From Roseibacillus sp. (GTDB taxonomy: Bacteria > Verrucomicrobiota > Verrucomicrobiia > Verrucomicrobiales > Akkermansiaceae): a stretch of 64,000 nucleotides of DNA. The stretch's first letter is position 1. Each line of letters starts with the position of its first letter. The notes under the pieces are model-generated. The model was not told the DNA's origin and did no database searches. It was given only the letters and a program-made list of their open reading frames with translations. Shown here piece after piece: positions 49,687-58,974 of the stretch. The position numbers were made by a program, and so were the translations under genes. Where the stretch lies: contig JBPOGI010000004.1 of the NCBI GenBank assembly GCA_051251855.1, positions 352,001-416,000 on the forward strand, written 5' to 3'.

Positions 49687-49756
49687 GGAGGGGCGGCCTT
49701 TACTGCCGCCCGCACCGGTCTATCAAAACCCCAGCGGCAATAAAGGCCGCCGCTCC
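49687..49756. repeat. MITE/REP-like element copy between convergent genes
   Basis: 23-bp inverted repeats with 2 mismatches: GGAGGGGCGGCCTTTACTGCCGC / GCGGCAATAAAGGCCGCCGCTCC. Confidence 0.82.
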
Positions 49757-49764
49757 ATGAAGCC

Positions 49765-50289
49765 CTACGGACTCCAACGCACAGCCGCACCCATCGCAAT
49801 CAGCGCTCCTCGCCGATGCCATTTCAACAGAGAATCTGGCATCGCCGACTCCTTCCCTTCCAGTGGCAACCGAATCAAAAGCGCCTCGGTACCATCCCAA
49901 CTGTAAAGCTTCAACCGAGCATAACCGCCTTCAGCATCGTGAAAGAAAACAACCAACCCATCAGGATTCCCCATTTTTTCGAAGAGCGCTGACATCTGCT
50001 TCTCTCCCTTCGTATTCAGCAACCGATCAAAAGAAATTTGAACCGCGTCGGACTTAAGAACCTGCAGCTCGAGGTCCTGCTCACTCCAGGGAAAAGCTTC
50101 CGCCAATTGAGGATCGAGATAAAGCGAACGCATGTCTTTCTCGAGCAGTTCCGCCAAACGCAAACTGGCCTTCGAGCGCTCTCCTGTGGTGGCATCAAGA
50201 AACGCCAAACTCACTCCCCTCGAACCGGCCCAAAGTGAAGTAGGCAGCAGAATCAACAACGCAAAGAGCCAGAATCGATAATTTTTCAT
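49765..50289 (-). CDS. Hypothetical exported protein
   Basis: Signal peptide MKNYRFWLFALLILLPTSLWA; fills the gap between neighbours. Confidence 0.65.
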   Translation of the reverse strand: MKNYRFWLFALLILLPTSLWAGSRGVSLAFLDATTGERSKASLRLAELLEKDMRSLYLDPQLAEAFPWSEQDLELQVLKSDAVQISFDRLLNTKGEKQMSALFEKMGNPDGLVVFFHDAEGGYARLKLYSWDGTEALLIRLPLEGKESAMPDSLLKWHRRGALIAMGAAVRWSP

Positions 50290-50383
50290 CAGGCGGACGC
50301 TACTGGACATCGCTTAAAAACGCGAGGCCCTAAGCTCACTCTTTCTTGTCAGAATGGCCCCCAGCCCCTACCTCTCACAACCG

Positions 50384-50665
50384 ATGCCCTCTCGCGGACG
50401 CCACCAATCCACCTCCAAAGAATGCCGAGCGCTCCTCAAAAGGATCGAAGCGCTCGACGGAGTCGTCGCGGTCATTATCGGGCGTTCCTACGGCGGAAAA
50501 TCACTCGGCAATGGCCGCGCCACCGGAGCAATTCGCATTCAACGCACCGTCAGTGGTGGCTTAAAGGCCGTAATGCAGTCCGAGAAAGGCCTGCAAGAAA
50601 TCTACATCCGCACCCACCCCGACAAAGAAGACGATATCACCCAAGCCATCGAAAACTTTACCTAG
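50384..50665 (+). CDS. DUF2103-like small protein
   Basis: H.ST...GV.AVIIG...GGLK....GLQEIYI pattern. Confidence 0.6.
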   Translation: MPSRGRHQSTSKECRALLKRIEALDGVVAVIIGRSYGGKSLGNGRATGAIRIQRTVSGGLKAVMQSEKGLQEIYIRTHPDKEDDITQAIENFT

Positions 50666-50728
50666 GAGCGGCTTCAAAAATACCAAAAAGAAACGGACAA
50701 AGAGCGCCGTATAGTTTCCACTGCTTCC

Positions 50729-52168
50729 ATGACTCTCATCAAACACTCAGCGCTCGCCTTGCTGCTCACCCTCGCCAGCCTCTCGGCAGAAAAACTCCCT
50801 AACTTCCTCGTCATCGTTGTCGACGACCTCGGTTACATGGACATCGGAGCCAACAACCCTGACTGCTTTTACGAGACTCCACATATCGACGCCCTTGCCA
50901 AATCAGGGATGCGCTTCACTGACGGCTACGCCTCCAACCCCGTCTGTTCACCCACCCGCTACAGCCTCATCACCGGCAAATATCCCACCCAGGTCGATGC
51001 CACCAATTTCTTCAGCGGCAAGCGTGGCGGCAAATTCAATCCCGCCCCTCTCAACGACAAAATGCCCTTGGAGGAAGTGACCGTTGCACAAGCCCTCAAG
51101 GACAAGGACTATAATACTTTCTTCGCTGGAAAATGGCACCTTGGCCCCTCCAAAGAATACTATCCGCAAAACCGCGGCTTCGACATCAACATTGGCGGTT
51201 ACCACAAAGGAGGACCCTACACCGGAAAGAAATATTTCGCCCCCTTCAAGAATCCCGAAATCGAAGAAGAAAGTCCTGATGGCGAGCATCTCCCGACTCG
51301 CCTCGCCCGCGAGACCACCCAGTTCATCGACGAAAACAAAGACTCCCCTTTCCTCGCCTATCTCGCCTTCTACTCCGTCCACACCCCTCTGATGGGACGT
51401 CCCGACCTCGTCGAAAAATACAAGAAGAAGGCTGCATCCATCACTGGAAAAGAATTCGGAAACGAAGAACAAGTCTCTGGTAAAGGTGATCGGAAAGTCC
51501 GTATCCTACAGAATCACGCAGTCTACGGAGCGATGGTGGAAGCCATGGATGAAGCCATCGGCACCGTCCTTCAACACCTCGAAGCAACCGGCCTCGACGA
51601 AAACACCGTCGTCATCTTCACCTCCGACAACGGCGGCCTCTCCACTTCCGAAGGCCTCCCCACCTCCAATCTTCCTCTTCGTGGCGGCAAAGGCTGGGTC
51701 TACGAAGGCGGCATTCGCATCCCGTGGATTATTCGTTATCCCGGCGTCACCCAACCCAACACCACTAACGCCGAGCCCATCTCCTCCATCGACCTCTACC
51801 CCACCCTCACCACCGCTGCCGGCATCACCACCGAGCACTCCATCGACGGCATCGACTTGGCACCAGCACTCAAAGGCGAAGACCTCGGGCGCAAATCCCT
51901 CTTCTGGCACTACCCTCACTACAGCAACCAAGGAGGAATCCCCGGCGGAGCCATTCGCGAGGGCGACTACAAACTCTTTGAACGCTACGAAGACGGAAGC
52001 GTCCACCTCTACAACCTCAAAGAAGACATTGGTGAACAAAACGACCTATCCAAAGAGAACCCCGAACTCGTCAAGGAAATGCGCTCTCGCCTTCATCAAT
52101 GGTATCAGGACGTCGACGCTAAATTCCTCCAGAAAAAGAAAGGCAGCCCCGAGCCCTGGAAGCCGTAA
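50729..52168 (+). CDS. Arylsulfatase-like sulfatase (S1 family)
   Basis: PNFLVIVVDDLG, CSPTR, GKWHLG, SVHTP, TSDNGG, LRGGKG..YEGGIR. Confidence 0.95.
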   Translation: MTLIKHSALALLLTLASLSAEKLPNFLVIVVDDLGYMDIGANNPDCFYETPHIDALAKSGMRFTDGYASNPVCSPTRYSLITGKYPTQVDATNFFSGKRGGKFNPAPLNDKMPLEEVTVAQALKDKDYNTFFAGKWHLGPSKEYYPQNRGFDINIGGYHKGGPYTGKKYFAPFKNPEIEEESPDGEHLPTRLARETTQFIDENKDSPFLAYLAFYSVHTPLMGRPDLVEKYKKKAASITGKEFGNEEQVSGKGDRKVRILQNHAVYGAMVEAMDEAIGTVLQHLEATGLDENTVVIFTSDNGGLSTSEGLPTSNLPLRGGKGWVYEGGIRIPWIIRYPGVTQPNTTNAEPISSIDLYPTLTTAAGITTEHSIDGIDLAPALKGEDLGRKSLFWHYPHYSNQGGIPGGAIREGDYKLFERYEDGSVHLYNLKEDIGEQNDLSKENPELVKEMRSRLHQWYQDVDAKFLQKKKGSPEPWKP

Positions 52169-52220
52169 GCTTGGGATTATCCTTGCGGCCCCACGATGCC
52201 CTTTGCTTAGCTGCTAGGGT

Positions 52221-52973
52221 ATGAAAATACCTTTCTTCGCCCTTTGTTCACTAACTTTCACAGGCCTCTCTCTAGCTCAAGCACCCTCCGACTTCGATCC
52301 TCTTGGTGAGAACCTCAACCTCCCGAAGCAAATTCGAGTGATGGTGGAGTTCATAGAGGTCCCCCTTCCCGAACTCACTAAACTCCTCGCCGATCCGCGA
52401 AAGTCCGCCAATGACGGCGACCTCCGTGAGGCGGTTGGCAAGCTCATCACAGCCGGAACCGCAAAGCACTACGACACCCAACTTGTCATTGCACGCTCTG
52501 GTGAGACCGCAACCGCAGAAGCTATTCTAGAATACATCTATCCCACCGAATACGACCCCTTCGGCGCCACCAGCGGAAAGACTTCTTCAGAGTCATCTGA
52601 GAAGAACTCACCCACCCCTTCGGTCATCGTTCCTCCGACTCCCACCGCCTTCGAAACCCGAAACACCGGCGGCACTCTTGAAGTTCAACCCACCATCGGA
52701 GCCAACAATCATATCATCGACCTGCGCTTTGCCCCGGAGATTGTCGAACATGTCAAAAACGAGCTCTGGGGCGAGTGGAAAGGCCCTGATGGCGAAGTCC
52801 CCATCCAGATGCCCTCCTTTTTCAGCTCTCGCTCGAATAGCGGTCTTACCATGATTGACGGCCAATATTCTCTCGCTGCCACCGCCTCCATGCTCGGTGA
52901 AGACCAAAAGCCTGATCATCAGCGCAAGCTGCTCTTCTTTGTGCGAGCCGATATTCTGACCGTTGGCCGCTAA
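52221..52973 (+). CDS. Short secretin-core-like protein
   Basis: Signal peptide; QIRVMVEFIEV, EYIYPTEYDP, AFETRNTGGTLEVQPTI, LLFFVRA resemble the secretin C-terminal domain. Confidence 0.65.
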   Translation: MKIPFFALCSLTFTGLSLAQAPSDFDPLGENLNLPKQIRVMVEFIEVPLPELTKLLADPRKSANDGDLREAVGKLITAGTAKHYDTQLVIARSGETATAEAILEYIYPTEYDPFGATSGKTSSESSEKNSPTPSVIVPPTPTAFETRNTGGTLEVQPTIGANNHIIDLRFAPEIVEHVKNELWGEWKGPDGEVPIQMPSFFSSRSNSGLTMIDGQYSLAATASMLGEDQKPDHQRKLLFFVRADILTVGR

Positions 52974-53000
52974 CAGCACGACAACAAAGGCCCCTGTCTC

Positions 53001-56000
53001 ATGTTTCGACTACTTCTCTTCGCCCTTCTATGCGGCCCTCTTTTCGCGGCCGATGGACAACTCCCCCAAATCGTCTGCCGCGATGCCCGAGGTCAGTCCT
53101 TTCCGCTCGACCTCGAACGCTTCGAGATGAAGGTAGCCATTCACGAGGACCTTGCCGAAACCACCCTCACCCTCACCTTTCGAAATGACACCAGCCGCCA
53201 ACTCGAAGGGGACTTCCTCCTTCCATTGCCCCCAAACTCCAATATTTCAAGCTATGCCCTCGAGGTGAATGGCGCTTTTCGCGAAGCCGTTGCCGTCGAA
53301 AAAGAGCGGGCCAAGCTCGCCTACGAAACCATCAAGCGCCGCGGAATCGACCCCGGCATCGTCGAGAAAGAACCCGACAACCTCTATCGCACCCGCATCT
53401 TCCCCATCGAACCCCGCAGCACCAAAAGCGTGCGCATCTCCTACCTCGAATATCTCTCCATCAACGGACCTCCTCCCTATCGCCCCACCTATCGCTACCC
53501 CTTCAACTTCACCTCCGAAGTTGGCACCATCTCCATTCGCATCGAAGAGCCCAATGAAGCCCTCATCGACCACCCCGATTTAAAGTTCATCGAAACAAGC
53601 GAAGGAGCCATGCAAGCCACCCTCCAAAACCAGACCCTCGCCGGGGAACTTACCATCGAGTCGAAAGACCCTCATCGTCCCAGCCTGCTGCTATCGAAAC
53701 AAACCAACAAGCAACAATTCGGCTACCTCACTCTCAGCCACAGCTCCCTTCACACCGCCGAATCACCCCTCGCTACTCAACACAATATTCCAAAAGACCT
53801 AAAAATCATCTGGGACGCTTCTCGATCCATGAAAGGAACCGACTTCACGAAGGTGCACGCCTACCTCGATGCCTTCTTCGAAAAATGCCCCGAAGTCATG
53901 GTGCAGTTGATTCTTCTTCGCAACACCGCTCAAGAAGCCGGGACCTTTTTTGTCAAAGAGGGCGATTGGAGCCTCCTCAAAAAGGCTCTTGAAGCCATCT
54001 CTTACGATGGAGCCAGTGACTTACAAAACTTCCTTGAGAAGGACCACGACCTCACCTTTCTAGTCACCGACGGCAAAATCACTCGTTGGCCTAGTAACAT
54101 CGCGGGCCTCGTTCCAGCTCAACCCATCGTCGCCCTGCTCACTGGCAACCACCATAACACCACTCTCAACCAACTCACCATTCGCTCTGGAGGCCACACC
54201 CTTTCATTACAAAACACTCCAACAAAGGCCGCTATCACACAATCATTTCAAAAGAACTTTCACGTAAGCTCCTCCCAACGTGGAATCACAATTCTCCCCC
54301 TTCCATCAAATAAGCCTCACGTCTCTCGCTATTTGCTTCGAGGCCGCTCCCTCGCCAATGCCAATCTTCAAGTCGCATTCGGAAAGAGCACCCTTCAACC
54401 CCTCGTCATTGAAAACTCCTCCGCTCCGTTCGATCTCCTGAATCGCCTCTCAGGAATCGCCACCCTCAGTCTACTCGAAGACCAAGCAGCATCCCCTTTT
54501 GAGATTATTGAACACTGTAAGAAGCACACCCTCGCCTCCGATCACACCTCCCTCATCGTCCTCGAACGCTTTCAAGATCATATCACTTTCCGCATCCCTC
54601 CTCCTGAACCCGATCTCTTGGTCAAGTATCAGGGTGCTCTGAGAAAGGCGGACTCCCGCATGCAAAAGGCTCTCACCCAGAACTGGGCGCATACTCTCCG
54701 CCTCCATCGACATCATTTTCCCGGAGCTGAATTCTTAGTCTTAGAAGACCTCCAAAGACTAAGAACCTTTACCGAAGCCCAAGATCAAGCCTTTGACCCT
54801 AAGGACCTAGACCCCCAAGTGACACAATCACTGGCTGACTGGAAGAAAGAGGCACACCAACTCCTCAAAAAACAGCAGATGAAGCCCATAGACGAAGAAT
54901 GGCTTAAAGAGACCTCCGCTTTGCGAGCGAAAGCAGCCGAACTTGGCAAGTTGACAGCAGCCCCCCGAGACACCGTCGCCATTTCCGTGCGAGGTTTTGT
55001 CAAATCTCCTGGCACCTTTCGCTATTCCAGCCCCATCACTCTGAAAGAAGCGGCCGAAAAATCGCGGCCCTTTTCTCAGGACAACCTCGGTAGGGTTGCA
55101 CTCTACCGATCGGGCACCAAGACGGTCTACAACACTCTCTCAAAAAACTACCAAGACCTTTCCCTACTCCCCGGTGACATGGTCGTCGTTGAAGAGTTGC
55201 ATCGTCGTTGGGCCGATTCGGATCCGTTTTTTGGGGGCGACCTACCCAGCCTAGAAAACGAACCAGCCGTGATCTCGGCTCCCCCGAAGGAACCCATCCC
55301 CTTACAAATCCCCACTTTCTCATCCGACCTCAGCGGAGAAAGTCATGCCTTTGGAAACCCCACCTCAGATAAATCGCAAGCCTCCCCCAACGAGCCTATC
55401 CCCATCGCTCTTCGTGCTTTGACCCTTCACAAAAAAGGCCAAGTTGAAGAAGCCCAGCAACAGCTCTCGAACTTGAGAGAACTCTTCCCCGGTAACCTCG
55501 CAGCACGGCGAGTCGAGGGCTTTGTCTTGGCGCATTGGGGAGATGCTCAGGCCGCTGAAAGCATCTACCATCAGCTCATCTCTCTCAACTCTGAAGACTC
55601 ACTCACCACCAGCCTTCTTGCACAACTCATGGTCACTCGGGATGAAACAGCGGAAGCCCTTGAAGTGTATCAGACCTTTATCGACGGCTTGACCCAATAC
55701 CAGAGCCTTCCCGCGACCTCCATCCTCCTCTCTGATCGCAACAACCTCCTTACGAATTCATCTGGAAATGCTCAACAAGAACCCCTCCCCCAAGACCTGA
55801 GAATCGTCATCACCAACCTCCACCCTGCACCGTCTTTCGCTATCTCGGTCACCGACCCTTTCGGACTCACTTCAGATCGACATAAACCTTCCCTTACCGG
55901 CGTCCTCATCAAGTCCACCATTGGACTGACTGAGGTCATTGACCGCGAGGCGAGCAAAGGCACCTACAAACTTGCAGCTCGCTGCAATCGAAAGCAATTG

Positions 56001-56123
56001 TTAGAAATCACCATTTACCGTAACTTCGGAAAAGCAGAAGAAAATGTTACTCGGCGAATCGTTTCGCTACCAGCAAGCGGTGGAAGCGAACTCACCCTCC
56101 TCGAGTCAATCGAGATACAATAG
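53001..56123 (+). CDS. VIT-domain protein with vWA-like, SLBB-like and TPR-like regions
   Basis: TLTFRN...LEG...PLP....SYALEVNG, DPGIVE, RIFPI; IWDASRSM, TDG; VRGFVKSPG..LLPGD. Confidence 0.8.
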   Translation: MFRLLLFALLCGPLFAADGQLPQIVCRDARGQSFPLDLERFEMKVAIHEDLAETTLTLTFRNDTSRQLEGDFLLPLPPNSNISSYALEVNGAFREAVAVEKERAKLAYETIKRRGIDPGIVEKEPDNLYRTRIFPIEPRSTKSVRISYLEYLSINGPPPYRPTYRYPFNFTSEVGTISIRIEEPNEALIDHPDLKFIETSEGAMQATLQNQTLAGELTIESKDPHRPSLLLSKQTNKQQFGYLTLSHSSLHTAESPLATQHNIPKDLKIIWDASRSMKGTDFTKVHAYLDAFFEKCPEVMVQLILLRNTAQEAGTFFVKEGDWSLLKKALEAISYDGASDLQNFLEKDHDLTFLVTDGKITRWPSNIAGLVPAQPIVALLTGNHHNTTLNQLTIRSGGHTLSLQNTPTKAAITQSFQKNFHVSSSQRGITILPLPSNKPHVSRYLLRGRSLANANLQVAFGKSTLQPLVIENSSAPFDLLNRLSGIATLSLLEDQAASPFEIIEHCKKHTLASDHTSLIVLERFQDHITFRIPPPEPDLLVKYQGALRKADSRMQKALTQNWAHTLRLHRHHFPGAEFLVLEDLQRLRTFTEAQDQAFDPKDLDPQVTQSLADWKKEAHQLLKKQQMKPIDEEWLKETSALRAKAAELGKLTAAPRDTVAISVRGFVKSPGTFRYSSPITLKEAAEKSRPFSQDNLGRVALYRSGTKTVYNTLSKNYQDLSLLPGDMVVVEELHRRWADSDPFFGGDLPSLENEPAVISAPPKEPIPLQIPTFSSDLSGESHAFGNPTSDKSQASPNEPIPIALRALTLHKKGQVEEAQQQLSNLRELFPGNLAARRVEGFVLAHWGDAQAAESIYHQLISLNSEDSLTTSLLAQLMVTRDETAEALEVYQTFIDGLTQYQSLPATSILLSDRNNLLTNSSGNAQQEPLPQDLRIVITNLHPAPSFAISVTDPFGLTSDRHKPSLTGVLIKSTIGLTEVIDREASKGTYKLAARCNRKQLLEITIYRNFGKAEENVTRRIVSLPASGGSELTLLESIEIQ

Positions 56124-56124
56124 C

Positions 56125-58353
56125 TTAAACCGCCCTATGCGTCTCACTCTGTGGCGCTGGGGCAGGAGCCGGCATAGGCTCATTCTCACCTTTGGGTGAT
56201 ACTTCGCGAACTTCGGAGGGGTAGCTCACTGGTTCGATAACAGGACCTCGGTCTCCACGACGACGGCGGCGCCCGCCATCGTTCCAAATAAAACCAGTGA
56301 CATTCGCACCTGCCGAAACAAGGATTTCTCCCGTCTCTTTAAGGTGACGATACTTTCCTTTGCCCTTCTGAGCCACAAGATAGGTTGCTCCAATATGGCG
56401 AGCCACCGCCTGCACATCATCGCACTCGAGGGCCGAAGACATATCAAAAATCACACGATCAACCATGGGCGTAATCGCCGACAAAAGTTGGCGTAAGCCA
56501 GGACCAGAAAGCAGGTCCCCGCTATCTCCCTCAACGCCTCCAGTCGGCAAAAACCAGAGACCAGGCAAGCCCGTCTCAAAGAGAACCTCGGCAGGTTCCG
56601 CTTCGCCCATCAGATAAGCAGCTAATCCATGCCTCCCCGCGCGCTGTCGGGAATACTCACGACTCAATCCAGGCGAACTAAAGTCGGCATCGATCACCAA
56701 AGTACGGTAACCTTGCTTCACCATCGTTCGGGCACACTTCATCACGCAAAGCGTTTTGCCATCACCATCGAACGGACTTGCAAAAAGAAGGCTCTGCATT
56801 TGCTCCTCACCCTCGCGAGGAGTGGGAGTATAGCGCGCAAGGTGAGCTGGCCGATTGAGCATCGCCATTCCATCACCCGACACGCTCAGATCATTGATAA
56901 CATCTCGTCCATAGACAGGAAGGCGAGCCAGCATCGGCACACGCAACTTCCTTTCCAACGCACTTGGCTCCCGAACACGTGGATCCGATATTGCAAATAG
57001 AAGAGCAAGCCCCGTCCCTAACAGACCTCCAAGAAAACAACCTACCAAGACCAATCCCAATTTATTAGGCGCACTTGGCTCTACCGGCACTAGTGGGTGG
57101 GCATCCCAACTCAAGAACGAGGCACTGAGAGCTGCTCCAATCTGAGTTTCCTGCAACTGCATCGCAACCCGGGAATGCAAATTGCGATCAATCTCAGCCG
57201 CTCTTGTGAGCTGTGAGAACTCCTCCCTAATTCCCTCATCATTAATGGCATCAGTCTTCGCCTCCTCAACCAACCCTTTCAGCTCTTTTTCGCGAGAAAG
57301 CGAAACTTTCAAGTCGTTCTCGAGGCCCGCTTCAGCCTCAGCCAACACCTGAGCTAGGCTTTGCTCCAAGCGCTTCAATTCATTGTCGGCCTCAATAAAA
57401 GTGGGATGCTTATACTTGTAGCGCTCCTTGATTTTCGCAAACTCCGCCTTCTTGGCCGCAATGTCCCCTTCTAGCGCTAGCACCAATTGACCCCGCTCTC
57501 CTCGCGCTGCCAAATTAGGTGCAGAGACTCCATCGGGCCTTGCCGCCAATGCTCGAAACTGAGTATCCAGACGTAGCCGCTCATTTTCCGCTGTCGAGAG
57601 TTCCTGATTCAGCAATTCAAGCTTACTCGTCTGTAATCTTTCTTGGTCTCCGCTCAGTCCAAGGACCGAGTTCTCTGCTCGAAATTCTTGCAGACGCTTT
57701 TCAGACTCCACCATCTTCTCCCGCATCCGCTGCTCTTGCGCTGCCAACTGGGCAGTCGTCTTGGTGACCAAATCACTCCGGCCTCCATCCTGCCAATCCT
57801 CGTATTCTTCGACGATACTCTCCACAATGAGAGAGGCTCTTTGCGGGTCGGTATCTTTTACCTGAATATCCATCAGGCGAGTGCCCTTTCGCAACTCAAT
57901 CGAGACCCGAGAACTCAGCGTATCCAGAATCGCCTGAGGCTCGAGTCCGCCCGCTTGAAAAAGTGGGTCCGAAGCCAAATTATGTTTCTCCGCAACGCGC
58001 AACAGGACAGTTGCGGAGAGAAGACCTTGCTCCACCGTCTTCATCTTCTCCAAGTCGTTCGATCCTTCTTGCGCAAGAGGATTGCCCGAGAACACCTCTG
58101 GAGCCTTGGTCTTAATGTAGAGACTACCATACGACGTGTAGAGCACTGGCAGTGTGGAGACGTAATAGAACATTCCAATTGCGCCTATGATGAAGCAAAC
58201 CACAGGTATCCAACACCAGCGGATGACCGCATTTAGAACCTCTCGAAAATCAATCTTGGGCATCTTCGCAGCAGCTGGGGGCAAAGCCTGAGTAGGCTCT
58301 TGCGCCGTCTGCTCCGAAGGAAGCTGATTGGATTGTGGAATTAGTGAACTCAC
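56125..58353 (-). CDS. Polysaccharide co-polymerase / tyrosine autokinase-like (Wzc/GumC)
   Basis: Two TM, coiled coil with YKYKHP, PVEPSAP; cytoplasmic SPFDGDGKT, VIDAD, VIFD. Confidence 0.88.
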   Translation of the reverse strand: MSSLIPQSNQLPSEQTAQEPTQALPPAAAKMPKIDFREVLNAVIRWCWIPVVCFIIGAIGMFYYVSTLPVLYTSYGSLYIKTKAPEVFSGNPLAQEGSNDLEKMKTVEQGLLSATVLLRVAEKHNLASDPLFQAGGLEPQAILDTLSSRVSIELRKGTRLMDIQVKDTDPQRASLIVESIVEEYEDWQDGGRSDLVTKTTAQLAAQEQRMREKMVESEKRLQEFRAENSVLGLSGDQERLQTSKLELLNQELSTAENERLRLDTQFRALAARPDGVSAPNLAARGERGQLVLALEGDIAAKKAEFAKIKERYKYKHPTFIEADNELKRLEQSLAQVLAEAEAGLENDLKVSLSREKELKGLVEEAKTDAINDEGIREEFSQLTRAAEIDRNLHSRVAMQLQETQIGAALSASFLSWDAHPLVPVEPSAPNKLGLVLVGCFLGGLLGTGLALLFAISDPRVREPSALERKLRVPMLARLPVYGRDVINDLSVSGDGMAMLNRPAHLARYTPTPREGEEQMQSLLFASPFDGDGKTLCVMKCARTMVKQGYRTLVIDADFSSPGLSREYSRQRAGRHGLAAYLMGEAEPAEVLFETGLPGLWFLPTGGVEGDSGDLLSGPGLRQLLSAITPMVDRVIFDMSSALECDDVQAVARHIGATYLVAQKGKGKYRHLKETGEILVSAGANVTGFIWNDGGRRRRRGDRGPVIEPVSYPSEVREVSPKGENEPMPAPAPAPQSETHRAV

Positions 58354-58390
58354 GAGTAAAATGGGGGGAAATCGATAGCGATCGCGACGA

Positions 58391-58969
58391 TTAAAAGAAA
58401 CCTTCTGGCACCCAAATGAAATCGTCTTTCTTCAAAACGATGTCGTTCTTTTTACCAGAAATAATATCCTTCAAATTGATGAATTGAGCTTTGCCCGTCG
58501 AACCAGACGTCAGAGTAATTTTTTTGAGGTTGGCAACATCATTAGCGCCCCCCGCCATACTGATGACTTGCCTGAGAGTGAGAGACTGACCATGAGGCAG
58601 TGTGAAAACCCCAGGCCGGTTCACCTCACCATCAACACTCACGGTATGGATCTGCCGTTTGGTGATTCGAACAGTGACCTCAGGGCGGACCAAATAACCA
58701 TCCAACAACTTCTTCTCAATGAGAGTCTCCGCACTCGAAGTCGTCTTCCCCGCCAAGCTCACCGAACCAATCAAAGGAATCGTAATCGAGCCATCCTTCG
58801 CCAATTGCACATTTGTATTCAAATCCGGCTCGCGATGAACCGAAACACTCACCGTATCCGAAGACGAAATAAGGCCACTCATTCCAGCGTTAGGTGCCTC
58901 AACCTGCGCCACTACCGAACCCAGCAGGACAGTGAACATGAATAGACCCAGCGTAAAAAAATTTCTCAT
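58391..58969 (-). CDS. Polysaccharide biosynthesis/export protein (Wza-like, Poly_export + SLBB)
   Basis: D.V.V.V..EPDL, DGSITIPLIG, GEVNRPG, DDFIWVPE. Confidence 0.9.
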   Translation of the reverse strand: MRNFFTLGLFMFTVLLGSVVAQVEAPNAGMSGLISSSDTVSVSVHREPDLNTNVQLAKDGSITIPLIGSVSLAGKTTSSAETLIEKKLLDGYLVRPEVTVRITKRQIHTVSVDGEVNRPGVFTLPHGQSLTLRQVISMAGGANDVANLKKITLTSGSTGKAQFINLKDIISGKKNDIVLKKDDFIWVPEGFF

Positions 58970-58974
58970 TATTG

